A DNA stretch of 64,000 nucleotides from an uncultured Verrucomicrobiae bacterium (GCA_963818965.1 CAWFUG010000011.1:32001-96000), one strand, 5' to 3'. Positions 24,201 to 34,259 are shown, numbered from the stretch's first letter. Program-made: numbers and translations. The notes: a model not told the origin generated them from the sequence alone.

Positions 24201-27200
24201 TCTCTCCACGCCTTTATCCTCGAACAAAAAGTACACGCTTACCAAATTCTCGAAGCTTCTAATCCCACAGAAAAAAAACTCCCCAGAGTAAGAGCAGAAA
24301 TCGAAACTCTCTTAAACCACGAGCTCAGCAGCGAACCTGAGATCGGTGTGCGCCTAATGTTCGCCTACATCGGTACTTTTACTCCTGCGCTCCCTTCCGA
24401 CCACTGGAGTCCTGAAGAGATCCCCCTCATTCTCAATCGCTTTCACGAAGCGCTACGCCTTCTTTCGATGTCAGAAGCGCCAAAGAACCTAGGCACCACT
24501 TCCTATCTGCGCGCAGCGGGCCTGATCCTCGAACAGCAGGAGACAATTGAGAGATTCATCGCTTCGAGTCAGAGCAGGGCTTGGGTAGAATCGCTGGTCC
24601 CAGGCCAAAGCGTCACTGAGTGGAGCATCACATCTTTTCCTATCCTAAGTGTCCAAACGCCTCAAACGTCACAGGAGCCACAATCCATCGATCTTTTGAC
24701 GGGTAAAAACCTCACCTCTAAAACCGATAACACAGGACTCATTCCCGCTGATGTCGCTCGTGACAAAAGCTATAGGGCTATTTTTCAAAATAAGAGGGTT
24801 CCCGCAACCCATTTAGGAGATCACTATCTCGTCAAACACTCTACGGGAACTTACAAAGTTTGGCCCCACATGGGGATCGAAAAGGAGATCGAAGGAAAAC
24901 GACACTTACTTCTGCCTCCCAAAAAATTGGGAATCGAATTTTTCCCCCATGTGGATGAATGGCAACTTTGGTTAGATATCGAAACAGAGCCTCCCAAGGT
25001 CCTCATCCTCGATCAAAAGACACAAAAAACCCTGGGATCGATCGATGAAAAGGGGTTTGTTAATCTCGATGGTCCTCCTACTACTACCAACCACTACAGC
25101 AACACCGCTCCTTGGGAACACCCCCTCATAGAAAAAGCCAGTCATTTTTTATGGACGAGAAAGATTAACAGTGAACTAGAGGTAACAGATAAAATTCAAT
25201 TCGGTCTAATCGATGCAGAAGGCTCTGAGCTAGAGTTTACCAAAATCGATAATAAATGGTGTCTAGCAAAAGATCCCAGCTATTTCATCGCTGAAGATCA
25301 AACGCTCATCGGCCTACCCCTCCACCAAAACTACCTCATTTTACAAAATTCCCAAGGCCGTAAAGTGGCCATCCTCCCAGAACTACCTGCAAAACGGCTT
25401 CTTCAATCGAAAAAAGAGGCAGAAGAACAGTACGGATCACAAGCTCTCGCGGCGCCCCACTTCCTGATGCTCGATCTGACCCAAGAGAATCGCATCGCGG
25501 ATCAAAGCACGACCTATCAGAGCTGTTTTGCTGCCTACCAGCTGATGATGGCAGCCAAAAAACCTCAGGATTACGCCGCAGTACTCGAGCGGCTCAAAGG
25601 AGCTCATGAATTTCGCCCCTATACAGAAAAAGAACTACAGGTGTTGGGATGGATCATCTTTTCTAATGAGGAAAAAGTCAATGACGACCCAGAAGCTGCA
25701 GCTTTAAGACTCTACGCAGCTTTTTTAATTCACGATAATCTGCTCCATTATCCTCCTCCGCCCAGAAAAGAGCCTTCGCCCGAAGAAGAAGAAGAAACGA
25801 GTGAACGGGGGTCTCTATCGATCTTAGCCATAGATGCTGATGAAAAAACATGGGCTCAGTATCTAAGAGATCCCACCTCTCTCGATTTGCACGGAAAAAA
25901 GCTGGGGAGCATTTATTTAAGTTATTTGAGAAAGAGAAATAACATCCCCACAGATCTAAAGATCGAAAGGAACATCGCTGCCCACGATCTCGAACAATGG
26001 GGCTTTTCCCCATCCCTTAGAACCTTAAAGCTAGGGAGCAAGCTCCCCCCTTCAGACAAATTCCCATTGGACGAGCGTTCCCACGTGGAGCAATACTCCA
26101 CTTTTCCCTTTTATTACTCGCCCTCCCAGAACCCTCCCCCTTTTGTCACGCGACTAGACGAACGCTTTCGATCGCAAAAAAACTCTTACTTCGCCCACTT
26201 CTACCAACTCGCCCAGTCCCCCCAGATAGAGGACCGAAAAAAAGTCGTCCAATTTTTACAAAAAGCGCGATTTGAAAAAAAATCTGAGAACCGATTTTTG
26301 TGTGCCATCCTCGTCGCGGCCCTAGAAGCACAGGACGCAACCTCTCCACAACAAGAAGAAGCCAAGAAACTCTTAGAAGCATTCGAGCAATACTCTTTGA
26401 AGGGATCCACTTCGGAAGAAGGCCCCCGTGGAGCATCACAGAATTACCACTTCGCTGGACAGCATCAATTTTTGCACGATCCATCCTACACTCTAAATGC
26501 AGCCTACCGAATCTTTTACAACAAATATACAGCCCAAACAGAAGCGTTTGAAAAACACCCTTCCCAACGCATCCTGCTCCCGCCCCCTCAATCACTCCCG
26601 ACTCCCCTACCCACAGCCCCCCGTCAGAGAGATTTTTACCACCCCGCCAATCGCACTCTATTTGCCCCTTTTCAAGCATTGGGAGAAAAGTATTTCACGG
26701 AAAAACCGGTAAGCGATGCGACACCGCCTCAGTCGTTTCCCGAGCTGACCCCTGAGGTTCAAGCACTCAATGAAGAGTACGCGATCGGGTACCAAAAAAA
26801 CCTCCGCGAAAAAACAGCGGCATTAAAAGATACCCCTCAAGCAGTGCGTGCGGGGCTCTTAAAAGAAAAAGAGGCCATTGAACGGGGGCACAACGCCGAT
26901 GAAAAAAAACTCGAGCGCCTGGGTCAAGAGATCCTCTCTTTGGGCAATAAAGAGCTTAAAACATCTGTCCGTGGGCGCGCCAAAACAGGGGGTGCTAAGA
27001 AAAATACCCTCTCTTTAGACGATTTCATTTTGCTCGCCTCCAAAGGCGACTCTAAAGCCATAAAGAAGGCGACAGGCCTAAAAAGTCCCGCGGAACAGCA
27101 GCTGCTGGTGACGACAATTGGAAAGTACTTAGAAGTGGAGATGCGTCTAAGACATAGCAAAGAAATCCTCAAAGGGCTCGATGCGTTGGCTGAAGCAGAT

Positions 27201-30200
27201 GAAGGGGATTGTCTTTCAGAATTGAACCACCTGCAAGGGCTTTTACAAACGGGTTCTGCCTTTGTCAACAGAGACTCCCTCGCCCAATTGACCTTCCAAC
27301 ACTTTATCGATTTGAACTTTCGCGAAGACCAGGTCGAAGATCTCGATAAAATCATTGCAGAAGGGAGCGATATCTTCGCGCAGCGGGCGACAGGAGCTGG
27401 TAAGACGCTCGTGTTATCCAATATGCTCGCCTATTACAAAGCCGATGGCTACCACCTCTCCATCCACGTCTCGCCGACCTATCAATTCGCCTCTCAGATC
27501 TACGAGATGAGCGGTCGAACGCAAAAAGCCTTAGGCCAAAAAGCGCATGCCCTGGTCTTCCGTGATTCTCCCGAATACTTTAATGTCGCGAGCTTACAGC
27601 GTCTGAATAACGAGCTCAATCAGGTGATCGCAGAGGGAGAGTACTTCAATACGACCCAGACGACGCTGCGGACATTGCGCACCGCATACGTCTCCTCTGC
27701 ACTCGAGTATTATACGAACACTTCATTGACAGAGGAGGCTCGACAAGAGCTCTTCTCTAAAATGAGACTGATCTGCGATATCAATGCCAAGATCCGCTCG
27801 CGCGGCATTTTGACCTTTGACGAAGTGCACGATGCGCAAAATCCCAAAGTGATCCTCAATAAGGGAGTCGGCGAAATTTCCTACATCGACAGCATCCACA
27901 CAGAACTCATCGCCACTCTCCTTACACTCGGTTTTGAAAGAAGAGAGGGGCAAGGAAAAGCTCTGCTTTCCTTCACAGAAACCCATCAAATCCAAACCAC
28001 TAAAGAAGAGAAAGAACAACTGACACAAACGATGGTGGACCATATTACCACCGATCCCGATTGGCTAAAAAAGTTCGACTGTGAAGATTTATCTCGTGAA
28101 GAGAAAGGAGCTCTTAGGGAATTTCTCTCAAAAGAAGAGGCTCCTATGCCTGCATTTCTGCAGAAGAGGATCGCCTCCTTCGAGCGCAAGGGGGGAATCA
28201 TGACCTCGTTAGATCATCTCCTTCTCTGTAGGCAGTTGATCGCAGGTCATTGGATTTTTGAGTCTCTTTCCCAATCGGTCTATGAAAACTACCAGTTGAT
28301 TTACGAGGAAGGGAAATTGCCCATCGCAGTTCCTTGCGTTTCCCACTTAAAAGCTTCGAAAAATTCAGAATTTAGTGATCCGTACCGAATGTGTGTCAAT
28401 ACCCTCATTGCCTACCGGGCAGAAGGGATCACCCTAGAGCAAACGAAAGAATTAGTCGCAGACTTACGCATCCAAGCGCTCAAAGAATTTGAACAAAAAT
28501 CAGAAGAAAATCCCGATTTTAGACTCGAAGATACAGAGAGCTTTTCCCAGTTTGCGCTCTTGATGAAAAGAGTCCGTGGACCGGGTAATCTCGCAGAGAT
28601 CAACCTCAACGACCGCGCCACTCTGGAAAAAATTCAGCGCGCCCTTAAGGGAAATTCGCACGCGGCGGTTTCAGTGCTTTCAGGATACATTACAGCGCGC
28701 GTTCTAAACAAAAAGAAGCTGCTCGGCGAACAGACCTCTTGTAACGGGATGAATACCTCTACCATGGGAAAAAACAGCAACGGGTTCTCGGCCACCATCG
28801 ACAACAAACATATCGCTCCCGTCATGGATTACACAGGTCGGATGACCGCGATCGCCCTGGAACCGGGCGTTTACGGACAGCGCATCGACACCTTAATCGA
28901 AAAACACCCCGATGTCTACATCATGGGAAATAGCCCCGACGACCTATTTGAAGACGTCTATCACAAATTGCCAGAAGAGAAGCGGGAACGGGTGAGGGCT
29001 GTTATCGACGTGGGCTGTCACTTCCGCGGCGTGCCCAACAGGGAAGTCGCAGAGTCGATGTGCCGAGCGTTCAAAGGTTCTCCTGTGGAAGGTGTCATCT
29101 TTTACGACACAGAGACAGACCGTGCCTACTACATGCAAAAATCCAACCCCAGCCACATCCAACTCATTAACTCCCTGGAAACAAAATCAGTGGATGGAGT
29201 CGAAATCTTCGCAGATATCGGCGTCCCTGTCGATAACGTCGCCGTCTACTTTAGCCACGATAAAATCACCGGAACCAATATCCCCCTGATGAAAAATGCG
29301 GTCGCCCTTTCCACATTTACAAATGAGACCAAATTCTTCAGTCAAATGCAAGGCGATGGCCGCATGCGCAAACTAACCGAAGAGCAAGAGATCATTACCG
29401 CTGTCTCTCAAGATTCTCTCATGGAAATCAGCCAGTTACTTGACAATCCCGACATTGAAGATCTTCCCGTCGCAAAAGTAGACAACCGCACATTCATTCA
29501 AGCTCTCATTCTCTTCGCGTATTGCCTCCAAATCAAAGGGCGTAAAGAGGAGACCTTCCTCCTCGGCATGCAAAATCTACAGAACTGCGTCCAGCAATAC
29601 CTGCTCGATAAAATCTACGAAAATCCCTATCTAGAAGCCACTGTATTCACCCACTGTGCCGATCTCTTCAAAGAAAATATCGCCATCGACTTCGTCCGCG
29701 ATTACGGCTTCCCCAAAACCACCGCCAAAATGAGAGATCATCTCGATCTCACTGTGAAAAAGCTCCTCTCAAACTTAGCTTCTCTTCCCCTCCCCCCAGA
29801 AGAGGTCGCGCAACTCCGCGCGACATTGGAGACCATGAAAGAGGCTCTCCTCCCCGATCTCGAAAAAGAGATCGAAGTCAATGAAGGGGAACTAGATCCT
29901 AAAAAACCAGCAGAGATGCCTCATTCCCGAGACGGGACCATGGAGCAGATCCAAGAGAAAAAATCGATTCAACACAAAAATAACTTGGCCATCCAAGAAT
30001 GGGTCCAAGAGAGCTCTTCCGAGTATAAAGAGCCCACAGAAAGGCTCTCCGTAACCTGGCAACAACTCTACGCTCCCGACTTTGGCCAACCTACAACGCT
30101 CATTGAAGAAGAAAAGCCTATTACTCCCTTACTTATAGACGAGGCAGAAGTTGAATACGCTAAGGAGGCATTCTTTTCCTTTCTCGGAAGGCTTCGAGGG

Positions 30201-31211
30201 AAAAGAGAAAACATTCTGAAGGAGCTTGAAAAAGAGATCGGCTTAAGTGAGGAGACTCCGGCCACAGCCTCGATGCTACAAAAAGCGATGGAGATCGTTT
30301 TAAAATACTGCACCCCTGAACAAGCAGTTTCGCTAGATGCATGGATGGCACCCTACTCTCCACGTCCCTCCGAAGAAGAGGATAAAGAAGGGGTAACTAC
30401 GCTCTTTTCATTTCTCAATAAGTATCCAGAGATAGGAAAAGAGGCTAAACCCCAACTTAATGACGAATTTGAATTGGGGCCAGACAATTTCTTCTCCCCT
30501 GGGATGCTGCCAAGAGCCCTAGAGATCATTCTACCCTATTGTAACTCTGAAGAAGCAGCTGAGCTCCAAGCGCTCATGGCGCCCCACCTTTCTACAAAAG
30601 AGAGTCAAGAAGTACCCCCTTTCTCTATCCAGCCTCTCAATGCCGCATTGGGACAACGGTTCCCTAAGCTATGGAGCTCTGATCTCTTTTCCGATGACCT
30701 ACTCGCCTCCCAGAATTTCCTCTCAACAGCAGATCAAGAGATGAACTTATTCGATGATTTGGAAAAACCGCTATTCCAGGTCCTTCTCATCCAAGATAAG
30801 CCAGGCGATCAAAATAAACTCCTCTTACTCTCCGCAGAAGACGCAAAACAGGTCGCGACCATTTTCCAGGAGGAAAAGGAGACACTACCAACTGGCAGGC
30901 AAATGTGGCTCCTGCGACCCCAAGGGAATTTAGCGTGGCCTGGCCCCTCCCCCTATAATAAACAAGACCTCTTGAACCAGCCCGAGGTCGCTCGTTTGCT
31001 CCTCCAGGCGAATTTTTTCTCAGGGAACCTCGCCTTCCTCGAGACCCCCTTTGGTCAAAAGGAATTAGCCGCCTGGCTTAAAGAAGTCAAAGACCCCCAG
31101 CTCGCCCAATCGATCTTCGAAAATGCAATCCTAAAAGCACACCCTCAAGAAGGGTATCCCTTTTCTAAAACCCAGCAAATGCTCAGAACGTTCTCTGAAG
31201 AGGTTAAATGA
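21249..31211 (+). CDS. Giant 3320-aa protein: N-terminal putative cysteine-peptidase motif plus DUF3638/DUF3645 helicase-like module
   Basis: GW..GHAM..NTGSG..QQSGTCS; TGAGKT, DEVH, AVPC..SEFSDP, VIDVG, YFSHDKITGTNI, QGDGRMRKL. Confidence 0.8.
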   Translation: MHPPMRSSQEIQAQLHSIEAHCEQVQQKYEKSVRDPSEEGRTQALLRNKLSSDLDGLREMRDLFLKGRVKCSKEDAEETIALFNRVATFVNKALPQTGVEALPEAEVLDLQFSPSFQQLSEVEKEFISGLTPKNLGHLIGDSFILGMTDRWGGRLEGNTMTGALKFLLNAIEYLPTKYPEKFAGKEAELAQAKQLFSQLLESSDRLERIEQETDPDKQERQFSEFVSQTRDQLSHLKEGETLLLPWGWSDPSKIGHAMLLSCTRRNGELWIEATNTGSGTEFHEVPQEAGFRINTVCHYRIPAEKEEDFYDGTLSALFEPRILGGLTEHDSVMDMNERYSAEELYLMLEPYRSQPWGKYPQTESLRGEQQSGTCSLRCYFDCFGRMTSSDFRKEFKFLWEQEVVSQLLQYGDHFVASDPVYVLYLNRMNPNLFRHLDKLRKQGLPETESLPLLEKFERQQKEIEALTFPSEEQGVTLSTRFEPRWPGTYMRELWESGRKRLVEGERPSESQSQEMPEGVPPLLQAEQLATLPPEQLLEILDASALFFSEEDPLLDEIKSSGTQWKFLECTIPRDFFLGEQCRQIARLFTDPALENQRRVFLEQLKDSPELVDAFLERFSKLSGMMTQPILQMDLRYPLALEGLRLAIYDLAVLRDDQQGLQGTQRIDHYALHFEMDLKKVSLSAYTFNTPQAEREYRHLQAAYAQRFPDPKQPRLCHFTEWETSTNKGRGGSSLSIPYSNRVPDFQYAARWITSLKEEDQDKAHQDYLKAIKKGYGSSAKEEEWRVCWMVAHGKLPLSYRALLTASLGATRVAPTSDKELSSFPNALSVTVDLSTVFLEIVSTDKENPNYLSLMQSAELTPTENALIHFPGMGSDKNSIPLHPQKQNEGTLKHDPKLREIIAILSVEHPLQLTMALDFYRQSPELLLQTEHRILFESLFFAPTKLSEALKKNPAQAQEITRFFEELSTLLTLKKIALTDPQEILSLHAFILEQKVHAYQILEASNPTEKKLPRVRAEIETLLNHELSSEPEIGVRLMFAYIGTFTPALPSDHWSPEEIPLILNRFHEALRLLSMSEAPKNLGTTSYLRAAGLILEQQETIERFIASSQSRAWVESLVPGQSVTEWSITSFPILSVQTPQTSQEPQSIDLLTGKNLTSKTDNTGLIPADVARDKSYRAIFQNKRVPATHLGDHYLVKHSTGTYKVWPHMGIEKEIEGKRHLLLPPKKLGIEFFPHVDEWQLWLDIETEPPKVLILDQKTQKTLGSIDEKGFVNLDGPPTTTNHYSNTAPWEHPLIEKASHFLWTRKINSELEVTDKIQFGLIDAEGSELEFTKIDNKWCLAKDPSYFIAEDQTLIGLPLHQNYLILQNSQGRKVAILPELPAKRLLQSKKEAEEQYGSQALAAPHFLMLDLTQENRIADQSTTYQSCFAAYQLMMAAKKPQDYAAVLERLKGAHEFRPYTEKELQVLGWIIFSNEEKVNDDPEAAALRLYAAFLIHDNLLHYPPPPRKEPSPEEEEETSERGSLSILAIDADEKTWAQYLRDPTSLDLHGKKLGSIYLSYLRKRNNIPTDLKIERNIAAHDLEQWGFSPSLRTLKLGSKLPPSDKFPLDERSHVEQYSTFPFYYSPSQNPPPFVTRLDERFRSQKNSYFAHFYQLAQSPQIEDRKKVVQFLQKARFEKKSENRFLCAILVAALEAQDATSPQQEEAKKLLEAFEQYSLKGSTSEEGPRGASQNYHFAGQHQFLHDPSYTLNAAYRIFYNKYTAQTEAFEKHPSQRILLPPPQSLPTPLPTAPRQRDFYHPANRTLFAPFQALGEKYFTEKPVSDATPPQSFPELTPEVQALNEEYAIGYQKNLREKTAALKDTPQAVRAGLLKEKEAIERGHNADEKKLERLGQEILSLGNKELKTSVRGRAKTGGAKKNTLSLDDFILLASKGDSKAIKKATGLKSPAEQQLLVTTIGKYLEVEMRLRHSKEILKGLDALAEADEGDCLSELNHLQGLLQTGSAFVNRDSLAQLTFQHFIDLNFREDQVEDLDKIIAEGSDIFAQRATGAGKTLVLSNMLAYYKADGYHLSIHVSPTYQFASQIYEMSGRTQKALGQKAHALVFRDSPEYFNVASLQRLNNELNQVIAEGEYFNTTQTTLRTLRTAYVSSALEYYTNTSLTEEARQELFSKMRLICDINAKIRSRGILTFDEVHDAQNPKVILNKGVGEISYIDSIHTELIATLLTLGFERREGQGKALLSFTETHQIQTTKEEKEQLTQTMVDHITTDPDWLKKFDCEDLSREEKGALREFLSKEEAPMPAFLQKRIASFERKGGIMTSLDHLLLCRQLIAGHWIFESLSQSVYENYQLIYEEGKLPIAVPCVSHLKASKNSEFSDPYRMCVNTLIAYRAEGITLEQTKELVADLRIQALKEFEQKSEENPDFRLEDTESFSQFALLMKRVRGPGNLAEINLNDRATLEKIQRALKGNSHAAVSVLSGYITARVLNKKKLLGEQTSCNGMNTSTMGKNSNGFSATIDNKHIAPVMDYTGRMTAIALEPGVYGQRIDTLIEKHPDVYIMGNSPDDLFEDVYHKLPEEKRERVRAVIDVGCHFRGVPNREVAESMCRAFKGSPVEGVIFYDTETDRAYYMQKSNPSHIQLINSLETKSVDGVEIFADIGVPVDNVAVYFSHDKITGTNIPLMKNAVALSTFTNETKFFSQMQGDGRMRKLTEEQEIITAVSQDSLMEISQLLDNPDIEDLPVAKVDNRTFIQALILFAYCLQIKGRKEETFLLGMQNLQNCVQQYLLDKIYENPYLEATVFTHCADLFKENIAIDFVRDYGFPKTTAKMRDHLDLTVKKLLSNLASLPLPPEEVAQLRATLETMKEALLPDLEKEIEVNEGELDPKKPAEMPHSRDGTMEQIQEKKSIQHKNNLAIQEWVQESSSEYKEPTERLSVTWQQLYAPDFGQPTTLIEEEKPITPLLIDEAEVEYAKEAFFSFLGRLRGKRENILKELEKEIGLSEETPATASMLQKAMEIVLKYCTPEQAVSLDAWMAPYSPRPSEEEDKEGVTTLFSFLNKYPEIGKEAKPQLNDEFELGPDNFFSPGMLPRALEIILPYCNSEEAAELQALMAPHLSTKESQEVPPFSIQPLNAALGQRFPKLWSSDLFSDDLLASQNFLSTADQEMNLFDDLEKPLFQVLLIQDKPGDQNKLLLLSAEDAKQVATIFQEEKETLPTGRQMWLLRPQGNLAWPGPSPYNKQDLLNQPEVARLLLQANFFSGNLAFLETPFGQKELAAWLKEVKDPQLAQSIFENAILKAHPQEGYPFSKTQQMLRTFSEEVK

Positions 31212-32593
31212 TCCGCTTTCTCCTCCTTCTCCTCCTCTGCACGAGCGCTGCGCCACTCTTAACCCAAGGCACGCGAAAACCCCCAGAGAAAGTCGCATTC
31301 ACTCAAGAAGAGATCGCCACCTCACACAAGATCGCGCACGTCATCGTCATCATGCAAGAGAACTGGTCCTTCGACTCCCTCTATGGAAAGTTCCCCGGAG
31401 CTGAAGGGATTGCTCAAGCAAGCCCTGAGAGCATGCGACAGCTCGATCGCAACGGGACGCCCTTTTCCTTTCTCCCTCCCTGCTCTTACGGCAAAGGGAA
31501 AAAAACCTGTCCTGACATCCCCGCTCGTCTGCCCAATGCCCCCTTCGACTTAGAGCCCTACATATCCCTGACAAAAAACACCGTCGACCCCGTGCACCGG
31601 TTTTACAACGAGCTGTGTCAAATCAACGGCGGTAAGATGAATGGATTTGCCGCCTGGGGAAATACGGGAGGCTTTGTGATGAGCTATTACGACATTTCAA
31701 AGACGCGAATGGGACAACTCGCCAAGCAATACACGCTCTGCGATCACTTTTTCCACTCCTGTTATGGCTCGTCGATGTGCGGAGCCCTGATGCTCTTTAG
31801 CGCACAAATCCCTAAATGGCCTAATCCCCCTCAAAAGCTCATCATCGACACCACAGAAGAAGGGATCATGAGCTTCAAAGGCAAAGTGACAAAAGAGGGA
31901 TACGCCGTCGAAGATTTCCAACCCTACTACCCACCCTATCGTAAAAACACTCCCCCGAATGAACGGCTCCCCCCGCAAACCTTCCTTACGATCGGCGATT
32001 TACTCGATGCAAAAAAAATTTCCTGGGGCTGGTATGCAGAAGGATGGGACGATGCGCTCGCAGGAAAGGACTCTCATGATTTCCCCTGTCACCACCAAGC
32101 ACCGAGCTATTTTCCCCAATTCGCCCCAAATACGGCAGGCAGAAAAGCCCACCTGTTCGACCTAAGAGAATTCCACCTGCAGCTCCAGCGCAATGAACTC
32201 CCCGCCGTCTGTTTCATCCGCTCTCTCGACTCTCACAGCGAACACCCTGGCGAAGGCTCTCTTTTAGAAGGACTCAACTGGTGCGCCGATCTCATCGAAA
32301 CGATCCAAAAAAGCCCTGCCTGGGATACCTGTGTGATCGTCGTCACCTATGACGAAAATGGAGGCCGTTGGGACCACGTCGCCCCTCCCATTGTCGATGC
32401 GTTCGGCCCCGGCACCCGCATCCCCACCCTCATCATCTCCCCTTTTGCCAAAAAAGGATTTGTCGATAAGACCACCTACGAGACCGTCTCCATCCTCAAA
32501 TTCATCGAAGAGCGGTGGGGCCTCCCCTCCCTCTCCCCCCGTGACGCCAACGCCAACAACCTTCTCAACGCATTCGACTTCTCTAAAGAATAG
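31208..32593 (+). CDS. Secreted phosphoesterase (AcpA acid phosphatase / phospholipase C family)
   Basis: Signal peptide; HVIVIMQENWSFDSLYG, DPVHRFY, YTLCDHFF, SEHPG, TYDENGGRWDHVAPP, GPGTRIP; ATGA overlap with the giant gene. Confidence 0.9.
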   Translation: MIRFLLLLLLCTSAAPLLTQGTRKPPEKVAFTQEEIATSHKIAHVIVIMQENWSFDSLYGKFPGAEGIAQASPESMRQLDRNGTPFSFLPPCSYGKGKKTCPDIPARLPNAPFDLEPYISLTKNTVDPVHRFYNELCQINGGKMNGFAAWGNTGGFVMSYYDISKTRMGQLAKQYTLCDHFFHSCYGSSMCGALMLFSAQIPKWPNPPQKLIIDTTEEGIMSFKGKVTKEGYAVEDFQPYYPPYRKNTPPNERLPPQTFLTIGDLLDAKKISWGWYAEGWDDALAGKDSHDFPCHHQAPSYFPQFAPNTAGRKAHLFDLREFHLQLQRNELPAVCFIRSLDSHSEHPGEGSLLEGLNWCADLIETIQKSPAWDTCVIVVTYDENGGRWDHVAPPIVDAFGPGTRIPTLIISPFAKKGFVDKTTYETVSILKFIEERWGLPSLSPRDANANNLLNAFDFSKE

Positions 32594-32614
32594 CGAATAT
32601 GCTATACTCTTCCT

Positions 32615-33826
32615 ATGCAAACTCAAAAAAGAATTGTCATTATCGGAGGCGGTGCCTCGGGGATTTTCGCAGCAGCCCTCTGTGCGGAAAAGATTCCCAA
32701 TAGCCACATCTCTGTCTTAGAAAAGACGCGACAACTGCTCGCGAAGGTGCGCATTTCAGGCGGAGGCCGCTGCAATGTCACCCACGCACAGTTCGACCCA
32801 AAACTCCTGAGTGGTTTTTATCCGAGAGGGCATAAAGAATTGCTCGGTCCCTTCCACCACTTCCAACCCAAAGACACCATCGCCTGGTTCCAATCGAAAG
32901 GAGTCGCTCTTAAAACAGAAGAAGATGGGAGAATTTTCCCCACGACAGACCGCTCAGAGACCATCATCGACTGCCTCCTCCACGCCGCTCAGTCCAAGGG
33001 CGTAGAGATCCAATGCGAGACGAGCCTTCAATCGATACAAAAAAATAAGGAGGGATTCCTCCTCACCACTCAAAAACAAGAAATCTTAGAATGCGACGCC
33101 CTCATCCTCGCTACAGGAAGCTCTTCTCAAGGCCATGTTCTCGCCGCCTCTCTAGGCCATACGATCGTGCCCTCCGTCCCCTCTCTCTTCACCTTTAACG
33201 TCCCCACATCTGCTCTTCTCGATCTCTCGGGCATCGCCCTCTCCGACGTCCAGCTCACCCTAAAGGGAACGCATTTTAAACAAAGAGGCAACCTGCTCCT
33301 CACCCATTTCGGCTTCAGCGGCCCTGCAGCTCTTAAACTCTCCGCCTGGGCAGCCCGAGAGCTTCACGCATGCCACTATGAGACATCACTTCAGATCAAC
33401 TGGATCCCCGAATACACAAGCGATAGAGCCCTCGCCACCCTAAAAGCCTTAAACCCCTGTAAAACCCTCTACGCGCAAAACCACTTCTCCCTTCCAGCAC
33501 AACTCTGGAAACGCCTGCTCACACTCGCCGCCATCCCAGAATCCACACCCCTCAACCACATCTCCCACGCCAAACTCCACACCCTCGCCAACCAGCTAAC
33601 GGCAGACACCTATGCGATCAAAGGAAAAACCGCCTACAAGCACGAGTTCGTCACCTGCGGCGGCGTTTCCCTAAAAGAGGTCGATTTCAAGACAATGCAA
33701 AGCCGCCTCGTCCCCTCCCTCTTTTTCGTAGGCGAGATCTTAGACATCGACGGCGTTACCGGCGGCTTCAATTTCCAAAACGCTTGGACCACCGCCTTCC
33801 TCGCTGCCGAAGCCCTAAAATTTTAA
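32615..33826 (+). CDS. HI0933/YhiN-family flavoprotein (NAD(P)/FAD-dependent oxidoreductase)
   Basis: IIGGGASG, KVRISGGGRCNVT, LLTHFGFSGPA, VTCGGV, GEILDIDGVTGGFNFQ. Confidence 0.93.
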   Translation: MQTQKRIVIIGGGASGIFAAALCAEKIPNSHISVLEKTRQLLAKVRISGGGRCNVTHAQFDPKLLSGFYPRGHKELLGPFHHFQPKDTIAWFQSKGVALKTEEDGRIFPTTDRSETIIDCLLHAAQSKGVEIQCETSLQSIQKNKEGFLLTTQKQEILECDALILATGSSSQGHVLAASLGHTIVPSVPSLFTFNVPTSALLDLSGIALSDVQLTLKGTHFKQRGNLLLTHFGFSGPAALKLSAWAARELHACHYETSLQINWIPEYTSDRALATLKALNPCKTLYAQNHFSLPAQLWKRLLTLAAIPESTPLNHISHAKLHTLANQLTADTYAIKGKTAYKHEFVTCGGVSLKEVDFKTMQSRLVPSLFFVGEILDIDGVTGGFNFQNAWTTAFLAAEALKF

Positions 33827-33827
33827 T

Positions 33828-34160
33828 CTATGCCCCAGGAGGTGCGTCCTCTTTCTCCAGAGCAACTGGCTCTTCCCGCTCTTCCTCTGGTGCCTTCTTA
33901 GAATTGATCTTATTTACGGAAATAGTCATCTCGTGCTTAAAGCAACACTTGTAAATCGCTTTAAATATTTTTTCGAGCCTAGTCCCAATCGCTTCAAAAA
34001 ACCGAGACAGACCATCAGAGACCGTATCCGCACTGACCGTAATCGTCGAAGGGGTATCGGCAATGCCCCCTCTTTTTACATTGAGCTTTACATTCTGTGG
34101 TTCCTCTGTCGTTGTCACTTTTGGACTTGGCCCGACGCCACTTACATCTGGATAACCCAT
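33828..34160 (-). CDS. Small hypothetical protein
   Basis: 110-aa ORF filling the gap convergently, GGGGG RBS-like sequence, Pro/Ser/Thr-rich N-terminus. Confidence 0.55.
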   Translation of the reverse strand: MGYPDVSGVGPSPKVTTTEEPQNVKLNVKRGGIADTPSTITVSADTVSDGLSRFFEAIGTRLEKIFKAIYKCCFKHEMTISVNKINSKKAPEEEREEPVALEKEDAPPGA

Positions 34161-34259
34161 ATAACCCCCACACGTTAAAAAATTCGTTCGATGGGAGGAG
34201 ATTCTAATTAAACAGGAGTTAATTTAACATCGTTTTTCTGCAAAAAGGAGCCCAAAAAA

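Noticed and set aside
21533..30363. Many short ORFs nested within the giant gene and other long CDSs
   Set aside because: Shadow ORFs overlapping well-supported genes, with no motifs of their own.
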